DNA from: an uncultured Trueperaceae bacterium
GTDB taxonomy: Bacteria > Deinococcota > Deinococci > Deinococcales > Trueperaceae
Assembly (NCBI GenBank): GCA_963727505.1
Contig: CAVSGP010000001.1
Coordinates: forward strand, 1-57,959
DNA: 57,959 bases
Reading direction: 5' to 3'
This document shows, piece by piece, positions 17,640 through 27,223 of this stretch. A model generated the notes under the pieces. That model was not told the DNA's origin. It saw only the letters and a program-made list of their open reading frames with translations, and ran no database searches. Made by a program: the position numbers and the translations under genes. Position 1 is the first letter of the stretch. Every line of letters begins with the position of its first letter.

Positions 17640-18749
17640 ATGGCGACGCTGACGCTGAACCGCGACGCGCTGCTGACCAACTTCGCCGAGCTCGAGCGCC
17701 GCATGGCCAGCCACGGCATGGCCTGGGGCGTGGTGACCAAGCTCCTGTGCGGCCACGAGCCGCTGCTGCGCGAGGTGCTGGCGCTGGGCCCGTCCCACGT
17801 GATGGACGCGCGCACAAGCAACCTCCGCACCGTCAAGCAGATCGATCCCGACATGCCGACCGTCTACATCAAGCCGCCCGCGCCCGGCAACGCCCACGAT
17901 GTGGTGCGCTGGGCCGACATCAGCTTCAACACCGAGCTGGAGACGCTGGCCGCGCTCGACGAGGAGGCCGGCCGGCAGGGCGTGACCCACCGCGTGGTGG
18001 TGATGGTGGAGATGGGCGATCTGCGCGAGGGCATCCGCGACGAGCAGGTGCTCGACTTCGTCGGTCGCGCGTTGCGCTTCGACCACCTGCGCCTGCAGGG
18101 GTTGGGCACGAACTTCAACTGCCTCAACGGAACGGTGCCGAGCGAGGGCAAGCTGCGCCGGCTCGGGCGCATGCGGGACCTCGTGGAGCGCCGCTTCGGG
18201 ATCGACCTGCCCTGGGTGTCGGGCGGCACCACGGTGGCGTTGCCGATGCTGTTCCAGGGTCGCGTGCCCGCCGAGGTGAACCACTTCCGGGTGGGGGAGG
18301 GGCTGTTCTTTGGCCGCGACCTGATCTCGGGCGAGCGCTTCGACCGCATGCGCGACGACGTCTTCCGGCTCGAGGCGGAGGTCATCGAGGTGCGAGAGAA
18401 GCCCAACGCCCCCTCGGGGCCCTTCGGGGAGACGCCCTTCGGCGGCGTGGGGGACGCCGGAGACGACGCCGGCACCTCGCGCCGTGCCCTGCTCGATCTC
18501 GGCTGGCTCGACCTGCAACCGGAGTTCCTGACGCCGCTGGACGAAGGCGTCGAGATCGTCGATCTCTCCAGCGACATCACCGTGATCGACGTGAGCCGGC
18601 GCGCGACCAGAACGCGCGTGGGGGACCGGCTGCAGTTCCGGCTGCGCTACATGGGCGCTCTGAAATTGCTGAACTCGACCTACGTCGACAAGGTCGTGAC
18701 GGGCCGCGCTCAACCGGCGCCGGCCGCGCTGGGGAACGGCGCGGACTGA
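17640..18749 (+). CDS. PLP-dependent alanine/ornithine racemase family protein (fold type III, Orr/YhfX-like)
   Basis: GVVTKLLCG (PLP Lys), EMGDLREG, GTNFNC, SGGTT, HFRVGE, SSD. Confidence 0.88.
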   Translation: MATLTLNRDALLTNFAELERRMASHGMAWGVVTKLLCGHEPLLREVLALGPSHVMDARTSNLRTVKQIDPDMPTVYIKPPAPGNAHDVVRWADISFNTELETLAALDEEAGRQGVTHRVVVMVEMGDLREGIRDEQVLDFVGRALRFDHLRLQGLGTNFNCLNGTVPSEGKLRRLGRMRDLVERRFGIDLPWVSGGTTVALPMLFQGRVPAEVNHFRVGEGLFFGRDLISGERFDRMRDDVFRLEAEVIEVREKPNAPSGPFGETPFGGVGDAGDDAGTSRRALLDLGWLDLQPEFLTPLDEGVEIVDLSSDITVIDVSRRATRTRVGDRLQFRLRYMGALKLLNSTYVDKVVTGRAQPAPAALGNGAD

Positions 18750-18764
18750 GCGCGACCCCGAAGC

Positions 18765-18795
18765 GCATCCCCCCGGCGTGCGCCGGAGGGGATGC
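18765..18795 (+). terminator. GC-rich hairpin after the racemase gene
   Basis: GCATCCCC-CCGGCG/CGCCGG-AGGGGATGC inverted repeat; no strong U-tract. Confidence 0.55.
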
Positions 18796-19005
18796 CTGAA
18801 GCCATGACCCCCAGCAGGTAGCCGAGAACACAGGTTCCTTTGCTGGACGATCTCCAACGGCGTTCGGGCGACCCGCGACGCTCGGTGGGAGTTCCCCTGA
18901 CGCGTCGGTCGGAAACACGCGGACCGAGATACGCGCGTCAACCGCTATGCCTGGGACCAGAGCCCGGCGGCCTGCGAGCGCGCCGGGCCGGACAGGGGTG
19001 GACCC

Positions 19006-19992
19006 ATGGCAAGGAGATCGATGCTGGGCGGGCGGCGGAGCGTCCTGCTGGCACTGGCGCTGGTTGCGGGTCTGGGCGCGGCGACCGCGCAGCAGCAGCC
19101 CGCCCGCTCGCCCGGCGTGGTGGTGGGCGGAAGCTACGCCCTGGTCGCGGGCCAGACGATACGGGGCGACCTCACCGCCATCGGCGCCTCCGTGGTGATC
19201 GAGTCGGGGGCGACGCTCGACGGCACGCTCACGGCGGTGGGGGGCAACACCGTAGTCGACGGCCAGGTGACGGGCACCGTGCACACCTACGGGGGCGCGC
19301 TGGCGCTGGGACAGGGCGCTCGCGTGCTGGGTGACGTCCGAACCTTCTACGCGAACTACGAGCCGTCGGCGGGCTCGCGCGTCGAGGGCGCGGTCGAGGC
19401 CGGCGACGGGGCCCCGTTGTATTTCTCGCTTCCCGCCGACGTGCGGGCGCCGGCCGGCATCGCCTCGCGCGCGGTGGCCGCGCGCACGCCCGGCGACGCC
19501 GTCATCCGCTCCCTCGCGCTGGGGCTCGTCGCCGCGTTGCTGATGGCCGCCCTGCCGCTGCGCGTGGGCCGGGTGCGCGACACCATGCTGCACCGGCCGG
19601 GGCGGGCGGGCCTCGATGGCTTCGTGACGTTCCTGGTCGCCGTCGTGGTGCTGGTGCTGCTCGCCGTGACGCTCATCGGGATCCCACTGGCGATCGCCGG
19701 CGGCATGCTGCTCTACGCCACCGTGCTGTTCGGCTTCATCGCCTTCGGCGACGCCGTCGGCAGCTACCTGGCCTCGAGCTTCAAGCAGTCCTGGACGCCG
19801 CCCATGCGGGCCGGCGTGGGTGCGTTCTCGCTCTCGTTGGCGCTCCTGGTGCTCCAGATCGTGCCCGTTCTGGGCGGCCTCGCCGGCTTCCTGCTGGCGC
19901 TGGTGGCGCTTGGCGCGGTGCGCATGACGCGCTTCGGCGGCCGCGAGCCCCACGGCCGTGCGCCGGCCACGCCGTCACCTCAAGGCGGGTAG
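19006..19992 (+). CDS. Bactofilin-like (polymer-forming cytoskeletal) beta-helix protein with C-terminal TM domain
   Basis: Signal peptide, GD/GT-V-x-x-GG repeats, then TM region with VTLIGIP and IVPVLGG. Confidence 0.8.
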   Translation: MARRSMLGGRRSVLLALALVAGLGAATAQQQPARSPGVVVGGSYALVAGQTIRGDLTAIGASVVIESGATLDGTLTAVGGNTVVDGQVTGTVHTYGGALALGQGARVLGDVRTFYANYEPSAGSRVEGAVEAGDGAPLYFSLPADVRAPAGIASRAVAARTPGDAVIRSLALGLVAALLMAALPLRVGRVRDTMLHRPGRAGLDGFVTFLVAVVVLVLLAVTLIGIPLAIAGGMLLYATVLFGFIAFGDAVGSYLASSFKQSWTPPMRAGVGAFSLSLALLVLQIVPVLGGLAGFLLALVALGAVRMTRFGGREPHGRAPATPSPQGG

Positions 19993-21299
19993 CTCAGCAG
20001 CAGCACGTCGTTGGCGCTGGCGGGAGGGCGCGGGCTGGTGTCGGTGTCGGCCGGCTTCCCGCCCGGTGGCAGGACGCCGCTGGTGGTGACGTAGACGTCG
20101 CCGGACCCTTCGACCGCGAGGCCGAGCGGCTGCTCCATGCCGGCCGTGCCGAACTGGCGGGAGGCGCGCGGTGCCCCCTGCGCGTCGAAGGTCGCCACGT
20201 ACGCCCGCCACGGGCCCGGCGTGCCGCCGCTCCCTAGCGGGTCGAGGTCCGCCCAGCCCCCCACCAGGGGGTCGCCGGCAGGGTCCAGGGCGACGGCGTA
20301 ACCGAACACCGCGCCGTTGTCGCCGAACTGCCGCACCCAGGTGCGATTGCCGTTGGCGTCGAAGTGCGCGAGGAAGCCGTCGATGTTGCCGCTGCTGGCA
20401 TTGCCCGGCAGGCTGCCGTAGGTGAACCCCGTGGCGAAGGCCCCGCCGTCGCGGTCCACGGCAACGGCGTAGGCGTAGTCGGCGCCCTCGCTGCCGAACT
20501 GCCGCAACCAAACGCGCGTCCCGTTGCCATCGAGCTTCACGACGAACGCGTCACTACTCCCCTGGGCGCGGTTCGTCGGGAGGGCCCCGCCGGTGGTCCC
20601 GACGGCCACCACGTCGCCGCGCGCGTCCGTCGCCACGGCGGTGATCTTGTCGGCCGCGGCGCTGCCGAACTGCCGCAGCCACACCAGGTCGCCGCTGGCG
20701 TCGAACTTGGCCAGGAAGGCATCGCCGTCACCGCCGGAGCTCACGTTTCCGGCGAGGGTGCCGTTGGTGTCGCCGCCCACGAACACGTTGCCGGTCGCGT
20801 CGACGGCGACGCTGCGGGCGTAATCTGCGCCGGTGGTGCCGAACTGCCGCAGCCACAGCAGCGTGCCGTCGGGGCCGAGCTTCGCCAGGAAGGCATCGCC
20901 TGCCCCCACGCTGTCGGCGGTCGGCAGGCGGTTGCTGGTGAAGCCGCTGACGTAGGCGTTGCCCTGCGCGTCGACCGCTACGCCGGTGGCGCGATCGGCG
21001 CCACGGCCGCCGAACTGCCGCAGCCACTGCCGCTGCCCGCCCGCGTCGAAGGAGGCCACGAACAGGTCGCTCTCTCCGGCGCTCGTGGCTCCGGGCAGCG
21101 TGCCGTCGGTGTAGCCGGCCAGCACCAAGGTGCCGTCGGGCCCGAGCGCGACGCCGGCGGCGTGATCGGCCTGGTCGCTGCCGAACGTCCGGGCCCAGCG
21201 CGCCTGCGCGGGCGTGTTCTGGGCGAGGGCCGGTGACGGCGCGCCCAGGAGCAGGACGACGGCGCCGTAGGCCAGGGGGACAGCGAGGAACCTCCGCAT
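19980..21299 (-). CDS. Secreted beta-propeller (SBBP repeat) protein
   Basis: Repeated W.RQFG..G.D.A..VAVD..GN.YV.G.T units; signal peptide; GGAGG RBS. Confidence 0.88.
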   Translation of the reverse strand: MRRFLAVPLAYGAVVLLLGAPSPALAQNTPAQARWARTFGSDQADHAAGVALGPDGTLVLAGYTDGTLPGATSAGESDLFVASFDAGGQRQWLRQFGGRGADRATGVAVDAQGNAYVSGFTSNRLPTADSVGAGDAFLAKLGPDGTLLWLRQFGTTGADYARSVAVDATGNVFVGGDTNGTLAGNVSSGGDGDAFLAKFDASGDLVWLRQFGSAAADKITAVATDARGDVVAVGTTGGALPTNRAQGSSDAFVVKLDGNGTRVWLRQFGSEGADYAYAVAVDRDGGAFATGFTYGSLPGNASSGNIDGFLAHFDANGNRTWVRQFGDNGAVFGYAVALDPAGDPLVGGWADLDPLGSGGTPGPWRAYVATFDAQGAPRASRQFGTAGMEQPLGLAVEGSGDVYVTTSGVLPPGGKPADTDTSPRPPASANDVLLLSYPP

Positions 21300-21558
21300 T
21301 GGACCTCCCATGAGCGCGCAGCGGGAGCCGGACCCCAGTGGGGCCCTCGTCCCATGACATCGTGCGAGCGTGTGCCGCCCAGCATACACGTGGTGGGCGC
21401 GTCGTGGGCGGGCCGCGGCTGACCCGCGTGCGCCAGGCCGGGCGCACGCAAGGCTGTAGGGCCCCACGGCAGCCGTCGGAAATCCACCGACCCGTGGCGC
21501 GCCGCCGCCGCGCATGCTCCCCTTGTCGGTACCGAGACCGGCGGGCTGGGAGAGACCC

Positions 21559-22248
21559 GTGATCGCTGTTCTGATCTGGATCGCCATCGTTCTGGGCGCG
21601 CTCCTGGCGCTGCTGCTGGTAGCGGTGGCGCTGCTGCTCCTGGTGCCGGTGGAGCTGGAGGGCATCTGGAGCGACGACGCCCGCCGCTTCGCCGTGGCTG
21701 GGCCCGGGCTGAGGCTGGGTTACGACGTCGCCGACCGAAGCCTGGAGATCCGCGTGCTGTCGCTGCGCGTGCGCCGGTTCACTCCCGGGGAGGGCGAGCG
21801 TTCGCCGCGCCGCCGGCGACGGGCGGCGCGCGAGGGGCGGAAACGGGGCCGTAGGCGCATCTCGCCGGCCAGCTTGTGGCGGGATCGCCGGCGGATCGGC
21901 GCGGCGCTGCGCGCCTTCGTGCGGCGCGTGAGGATCCGTCGCTTCCGCGCCCGTGCGGTGATCGCCAGCCCTGACCCGGCATGGACGGGGTGGGCGACCG
22001 GCATGGCCTACGCGGGCTGGGGCGCCTTGCCGGCGCGCGTCCGGCGCGGCACCGAGGTGAGGGTCGATTTCGAGGGGGAGGTACCGCGATTGGAGGGCGA
22101 GGCGGCGCTGCGGTTCCAACCCCTGATCGTGGCGCTGCTGGCGCTGCGGATGTGGTGGGTCGTGCGCCGGGCGCGGCGCAGGCCCGCATCGACGAAGAGC
22201 AGGGTTCGACCCGCCTCCGAGGCGGGAGGAAGGAACGAAGCGTCATGA
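21559..22248 (+). CDS. DUF2953 (YtfI-like) protein
   Basis: N-terminal TM, basic middle region, DPAWTGWATG motif; directly upstream of a YtfJ homolog. Confidence 0.75.
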   Translation: MIAVLIWIAIVLGALLALLLVAVALLLLVPVELEGIWSDDARRFAVAGPGLRLGYDVADRSLEIRVLSLRVRRFTPGEGERSPRRRRRAAREGRKRGRRRISPASLWRDRRRIGAALRAFVRRVRIRRFRARAVIASPDPAWTGWATGMAYAGWGALPARVRRGTEVRVDFEGEVPRLEGEAALRFQPLIVALLALRMWWVVRRARRRPASTKSRVRPASEAGGRNEAS

Positions 22249-22670
22249 GCGTACAGGACCTGTTGAAGACCCTGATCGATGAGATCGGCACGCTGGCCAA
22301 GACCGAGACCGTGGTCGGCGAAGCGCTGCAACTCGGCGAGCACACCGTCATCCCCATCTCGCGGGTGACGGTGGGCTTCGGCGGTGGCAGCGGCGAGGGC
22401 GAGGGCGGCGACGCCAGCAAGGGCCAGGGCAAGGGCACCGGCGGTGGCGGTGGTGGCGGCGTCAAGGTCGAGCCGGCCGCGTTCATCGTGGTCAAGGGGA
22501 GCGAGCTCTCCATCCTGGCGGCGCCGGGTCGGAAGGGCGCCCTGGGCGAGCTGTTCGAGCACATGCCCGATCTGGTGAGCAAGATCACCGCAGCCCAGGC
22601 CGGCAAGCGCGGGAAGGGCGGCAAGGCTCCCGGAGGCGATAAGAAGGACGAGCCGGAACCACCGAGTTGA
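22245..22670 (+). CDS. YtfJ/GerW family protein
   Basis: ETVVGEA...TVIPISRVTVGFGGGSGEG...GGGGGGGVKVEPAAFIVV. Confidence 0.9.
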   Translation: MSVQDLLKTLIDEIGTLAKTETVVGEALQLGEHTVIPISRVTVGFGGGSGEGEGGDASKGQGKGTGGGGGGGVKVEPAAFIVVKGSELSILAAPGRKGALGELFEHMPDLVSKITAAQAGKRGKGGKAPGGDKKDEPEPPS

Positions 22671-22983
22671 GCCGGGTTTGACGCCGAGCTGACTCCGTGC
22701 CACCTACAGGAGTGGGCCGGGGCGCCGGGAACGGGAGGCGCCCCGGCTGCGCCCCGGCTGCATCGCGGCTGCGTCGCGGTGGCGGCGAGTCGGTTGGCGA
22801 GGGACCGCGTGGACGCCGCGCCATCGTTGCGTCGCGTCCAGGGCGGCCCGAAGGACTTTCGCCCCTGGCTGCGGATCGCCGGAGCGGTTGAAGATGCCGC
22901 ATGGTCGTGCTGTCGGGTTCGGACCATCGCAGGCGCGCCGTAGGGGCGCTCGAGTGCGCGGGGGGCGCGCCGAGGCGGCCGAC

Positions 22984-23412
22984 ATGAGCGGCCGACGTTC
23001 CTTGCCGGCCTCCCTCCTCGAGAGCCACAAGCGCAACTCCGGCGCCTTCGTGGTGCTCTACCTCGGGCTGCTGCTGCTCCTGCTGGTCGAGCAGTTCGTG
23101 GTGCACGTCCCGCCCGTCGGGTACCTCGACGTGGCGCTGTTGTTCGCGGTCGTGAACGTGGTGCTGGCGCTCGAACGCGCTCGTGCCGGCCTCCTGGAGC
23201 ACGGCACCCTGCGCGGCGCCGTCGTGGCGGTGCTGCCGGTGGCCCTCGTGAGCACCGTGCTGGGAGCGTTGATCGTGGTGGTCGCGGGCTCCGAGCCGAC
23301 CGTGGTCGTTACCGTCGGCGGCGGCCTGGTGTTCCTGGTGCTGTTCGTGGTCGCCACCGCCGGCTTCCAGTACCTGTCGCTGCGCCGCCGCGACTACCCC
23401 GCCGACGATTGA
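22984..23412 (+). CDS. Hypothetical membrane protein (4 TM)
   Basis: Four hydrophobic segments; GAGG RBS. Confidence 0.7.
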   Translation: MSGRRSLPASLLESHKRNSGAFVVLYLGLLLLLLVEQFVVHVPPVGYLDVALLFAVVNVVLALERARAGLLEHGTLRGAVVAVLPVALVSTVLGALIVVVAGSEPTVVVTVGGGLVFLVLFVVATAGFQYLSLRRRDYPADD

Positions 23413-23515
23413 CGACGTACGCTCAGCACGCAGGAAGCGCGTCCCGCGCGCGCGTTTTCTCATCGTTTTGAGTTGACCGGCCGGTCGGTAGCAACTATCA
23501 TGCACGCGGTCGTTC

Positions 23516-24535
23516 ATGGGACTCCTGCGTTATGCCTTCACCCGTGTGCTCCTGACCATCCCCATGGTCCTGATCCTGTTGACCGTGGTGTTCCTGGTGC
23601 TGCACGTCATGCCCGGCAATCCGGTCCTGGTCATCCTGGGCGGACGCAACGTGCCGGTGGCGCTGATCCACCAGTACGAGCACCGCCTCGGCTTCGACCA
23701 GCCCATCTACGTGCAGTATGCGCGCTACCTGTGGGGCGTCGTTCACGGGAACCTGGGAGACTCCTTCGCGACGGGCATGTCGGTGACCTCGCAGATCGGC
23801 CTCTATCTGCCCGCAACGCTGGAGCTGACCTTCTCGGGACTGTTCATCGCCGCCGTCATCGGCATGTCCACCGGCATCTGGGCCGCTCTCCGCCAGGGTG
23901 GGCTCACCGACCAGGTCTTGCGCTTCACGCACATCGGCACCTACGCCATCCCCATCTTCTGGAGCGGCCTGATGCTGCAGATGGTTTTCGGGATCTTCCT
24001 CAAGTGGCTTCCAACGGGGCTGCAGCTCAACCCCGTGTCCGCCGCCTTCTTCCAACCCATCACGGGCTTCGTCTTGCTCGACGCGGTGTTGCGCGGGAAC
24101 TGGGCTGTGTTCGGGCAGGCCGTGGAGCATCTGCTGCTCCCTGCCTTCACGCTGGGGCTTGCCCTTTCCGGCCTGGTCGGCCGCGTGACGCGCGCCGCCC
24201 TCATCGAGGTCCTCGACCTCGACTACGTGCGCACCGCTCGGGCCAAGGGCCTGCCGGCGCGCGCCATGGTGCTGAAGCACGCGCTGCGCAACGCACTCAT
24301 CCCCATCATCACGGTGGTGGGCATCCAGTTCGCCATCCTGATGGGCGGAGCCGTGCTCACCGAAGCGGTGTTCAGCTGGCCCGGCATCGGGAGCTTCCTG
24401 CTGCACAGCATCAAGGCCCGCGACTTCAACGCCATCCAGGGGACGGTCGTGGTGATCGCCATCCTCATCGCGAGCGTCAACCTGATCGTCGACCTTTGCT
24501 ATGCCCTGATCGATCCGCGCGTGAGGTTCAGCTGA
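23516..24535 (+). CDS. Peptide/nickel ABC transporter permease (DppB-like)
   Basis: PATLEL, DYVRTARAKGL, HALRNALIP, TEAVFSWPGIG. Confidence 0.95.
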   Translation: MGLLRYAFTRVLLTIPMVLILLTVVFLVLHVMPGNPVLVILGGRNVPVALIHQYEHRLGFDQPIYVQYARYLWGVVHGNLGDSFATGMSVTSQIGLYLPATLELTFSGLFIAAVIGMSTGIWAALRQGGLTDQVLRFTHIGTYAIPIFWSGLMLQMVFGIFLKWLPTGLQLNPVSAAFFQPITGFVLLDAVLRGNWAVFGQAVEHLLLPAFTLGLALSGLVGRVTRAALIEVLDLDYVRTARAKGLPARAMVLKHALRNALIPIITVVGIQFAILMGGAVLTEAVFSWPGIGSFLLHSIKARDFNAIQGTVVVIAILIASVNLIVDLCYALIDPRVRFS

Positions 24536-25392
24536 TGACCGAGCCGTTGAAGGGCAGCCGCGTGATGGCGGCGCCGCTGGCGCTCTGGCTGGGCCGCAGG
24601 CGGGTGCTGGTGGCCGGCATCGTGTTGATCGGCATCGTGGTGTTGGCCACGCTCGCGGCGCCGTTGATCGCGCCCTACAGCCCCACCGCTCCGGGCGCGG
24701 AGCGGCTGGCGGCGCCCGGCGGGGCGCACTGGATGGGGACCGATCAACTGCGGCGCGACGTGCTGTCGCGGGTGATCTACGGCGGCCGCATCCCGTTGGA
24801 GGTAGCGCTCGCTTCCACCCTGCTGTCGCTGTTCCTGGGGGCCACGCTGGGCTGGACCTCGGGGTATGCCGGCGGGCGCCTCGACCGCATCCTGTCGTTG
24901 ATCATGGACGCGCTCTACTCCTTCCCGGCGTTGATCCTGGCGATCACCATCGTCGCCATGCTGGGCCCCGGCGTCTTCAACATGGTCGCGGCGATCGCCA
25001 TCGTCTACATCCCCACCTACTTCCGGGTCGCGCGTGGCCAGACCCTCAAGGTCCGCGAGGAGGCGTACGTGGAGGCGGCCCAGGCGCTGGGCGCCGGTAG
25101 CGCGCGCATGCTCCGCTTCCACATCGCGCCAAACACGCTGAACGCGCTGATGGCGATCGTGTCGTTCAACATCGCAGACGCCATCCTCACCGAGGCGGGT
25201 CTGGCGTTCCTCGGCTTCGGGTTGCCTCCGCCCACCCCCGACTGGGGTTTCGACATCCAGAACGGCCAGGCCTTCCTGCAATCGGGCTACTGGTGGCTCA
25301 TCACCTTCCCCGGCATCGCCATCGTCGTGACCTCGCTCGGCTTCAACCTGCTCGGCGAAGGTATCGGGGAGGCCGTGGGACCCCAGGGCTGA
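24535..25392 (+). CDS. Peptide/nickel ABC transporter permease (DppC-like)
   Basis: HWMGTDQLRRDVLSR, YVEAAQALGA, EAGLAFLGFG, PDWG. Confidence 0.95.
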   Translation: MTEPLKGSRVMAAPLALWLGRRRVLVAGIVLIGIVVLATLAAPLIAPYSPTAPGAERLAAPGGAHWMGTDQLRRDVLSRVIYGGRIPLEVALASTLLSLFLGATLGWTSGYAGGRLDRILSLIMDALYSFPALILAITIVAMLGPGVFNMVAAIAIVYIPTYFRVARGQTLKVREEAYVEAAQALGAGSARMLRFHIAPNTLNALMAIVSFNIADAILTEAGLAFLGFGLPPPTPDWGFDIQNGQAFLQSGYWWLITFPGIAIVVTSLGFNLLGEGIGEAVGPQG

Positions 25393-25447
25393 GCCCGCTG
25401 AACGGCGAGCCCGCGGCCCCCGCCGGTCCGACGCGCGACCGTGCGCG

Positions 25448-25483
25448 GATTCAAATGAATCAAATGAAAGCATCTGGCACAAT
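25448..25483 (+). promoter_or_regulatory. Putative operator and internal promoter of the SBP gene
   Basis: Inverted repeat GATTCA-AA-TGAATC overlapping direct repeat TCAAATGAA x2; -10-like CACAAT at 25478-25483. Confidence 0.5.
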
Positions 25484-25509
25484 GGGGCGCCCGGAAGGAG
25501 GCACATGCT

Positions 25510-27042
25510 ATGCGTTTTCGTTTGTTCCTGACGCTGCTCCTCGCAGCGACCGGCCTGGGGTTCGCCCAGAACGGCGTGCTCACCATCGGCACGACGGACT
25601 CCGTGACCGAGCTCTCGCCGGCAAACTCCTACGACTTCTTCACGTGGAACGTGCTCGCCCAGACGGCCGAGGGCCTCGTGAAGCTGCAGCCCGGGGGCAC
25701 CAAGATCGAGCCTTCGCTGGCCACCTCGTGGGACATCTCCAGTGACGGCCTGACGTACACCTTCCACCTGCGGCAGGGGGTCACCTTCACCGACGGCTCG
25801 CCGATGAACGCACAGGCCGTCAAGTGGTCGTTCGAGCGCGCCTTGAAGCTCGACGGCCCCAAGGGCGCGGTCGGGCTCATCAAGGGGGACATCAAGAGCA
25901 TCGCCGCTCCCGATCCCAGCACCGTGGTGTTCACCCTCAACCAGCCCGACGCCACGTTCCTGGCGCGCCTCGCACCGCCGATCAGCCCCGTGATGATCAT
26001 GTCGCCGAAGAGCACGCCGGCCGATAGCTTCGCCAAGGGCAAGTACGCCGGCACCGGGCCGTACAAGCTGGTGTCGTACGTGCCCAACCAGCGGGTCGTG
26101 CTCGAGGCCTACAAGGGCTACTGGGGCGCCCAGCCCAAGGAGCCCCGCGTCATCTACAACATGTACTCCGACGCCTCGGCGCTGCGCTCCGCGCTGCAGT
26201 CCGGCGCCATCGACATCGGCTACCGGAGCTTCAACCCGCAGGACGTCACCAGCCTCGCGAAGGACGCGAGCTTCAAGGAGGTCAAGCCCTCCGGCTCGCT
26301 CAGCATCCGTTACCTGCTGTTCAACGTCACCCAGAAGCCCTTCGACAACGCCGACGTGCGGCGGGCCATCTCCTACGCCGTCGACCGCAAGGCGATCGTG
26401 AGCGACGTCTTCTCCGGAATCAACCAGCCGCTCTACTCGATGGTGCCTCCGGGCATGTGGAGCAGCAAGAACGTGTTCCCGCAGCGCGACCTCGCGAAGG
26501 CCAAGGAGCTGCTCAAGAAGGCGGGCTACAGCGCTTCCAACCCGCTCACCATCACGCTCTGGTACCCCACCGGGCACTACGGCTCGACCGAGCCCGACGT
26601 GGCCGCGGTGTTGAAGACCAGCCTCGAGCAGACCGGCATGATCAAGCTCGACCTGTCGGCGCTCGACTGGGGCACCTACACCACCCGCATGTCGCAGGGC
26701 GCGCTGGGCCTCTTCACGCTCGGCTGGTACCCCGACTTCGTCGACCCCGACAACTTCCTGGCGCCCTGGCTGGTCGACTCCACCCAGAGCCTGGGGACCT
26801 TCTGGGACAAGGCGCCCGATTTCGCCCAGTACCAGAAGCTCATCAAGGAGGCGCGCGCCTCGACCAAGCAGGACGTGCGTGCCACCTACTACGAGCAGGT
26901 CCAGCAGCTGAGCGCCACCGACGTGCCGTTCATCCCGCTGTGGCAGAACTTCGGCCAGCTCGTCGCCTTCACCAAGCCCAGCGTGACGGGCATGGTGACC
27001 GATCCGGCCGGCAACTGGCAGGTCTCGACCGTCTCGAAGTAG
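25510..27042 (+). CDS. ABC transporter substrate-binding protein, family 5
   Basis: Signal peptide, PSLATSWDISSDGLTYTFHLRQGVTFTDG, GTGPYKL; AGGAGG RBS. Confidence 0.95.
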   Translation: MRFRLFLTLLLAATGLGFAQNGVLTIGTTDSVTELSPANSYDFFTWNVLAQTAEGLVKLQPGGTKIEPSLATSWDISSDGLTYTFHLRQGVTFTDGSPMNAQAVKWSFERALKLDGPKGAVGLIKGDIKSIAAPDPSTVVFTLNQPDATFLARLAPPISPVMIMSPKSTPADSFAKGKYAGTGPYKLVSYVPNQRVVLEAYKGYWGAQPKEPRVIYNMYSDASALRSALQSGAIDIGYRSFNPQDVTSLAKDASFKEVKPSGSLSIRYLLFNVTQKPFDNADVRRAISYAVDRKAIVSDVFSGINQPLYSMVPPGMWSSKNVFPQRDLAKAKELLKKAGYSASNPLTITLWYPTGHYGSTEPDVAAVLKTSLEQTGMIKLDLSALDWGTYTTRMSQGALGLFTLGWYPDFVDPDNFLAPWLVDSTQSLGTFWDKAPDFAQYQKLIKEARASTKQDVRATYYEQVQQLSATDVPFIPLWQNFGQLVAFTKPSVTGMVTDPAGNWQVSTVSK

Positions 27043-27065
27043 ACGGCACCGCAACCTCGTAGGTC

Positions 27066-27100
27066 AGCGGGGCAGCTGCGAACGCGGCTGCCCCGCTTCT
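27066..27100 (+). terminator. Intrinsic terminator-like hairpin
   Basis: AGCGGGGCAGCTGCG-AA-CGCGGCTGCCCCGCT followed by TCT, between convergent genes. Confidence 0.7.
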
Positions 27101-27223
27101 CGTCGGACGGCGCGGTGGGCTGCCCGACGGACGAGGGCCGGATCGCGCCGCTTCCCCGGCCCCCAACGAAGAGCGGCGCCCGGCCGAAGCCGGACGCCGT
27201 CCTGTTGTGTTCTGGTGTCGGTC

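Noticed and set aside
18911..18940. ECF sigma promoter GGAAAC...CGTC
   Set aside because: The 19-nt spacer is longer than the usual 16-17 nt.
24499..27054. Long antisense or alternate-frame ORFs (851 aa here; also 10392-12485, 45046-46806, 54771-56630)
   Set aside because: Shadow ORFs expected from high-GC codon bias opposite well-supported genes; no recognisable motifs.
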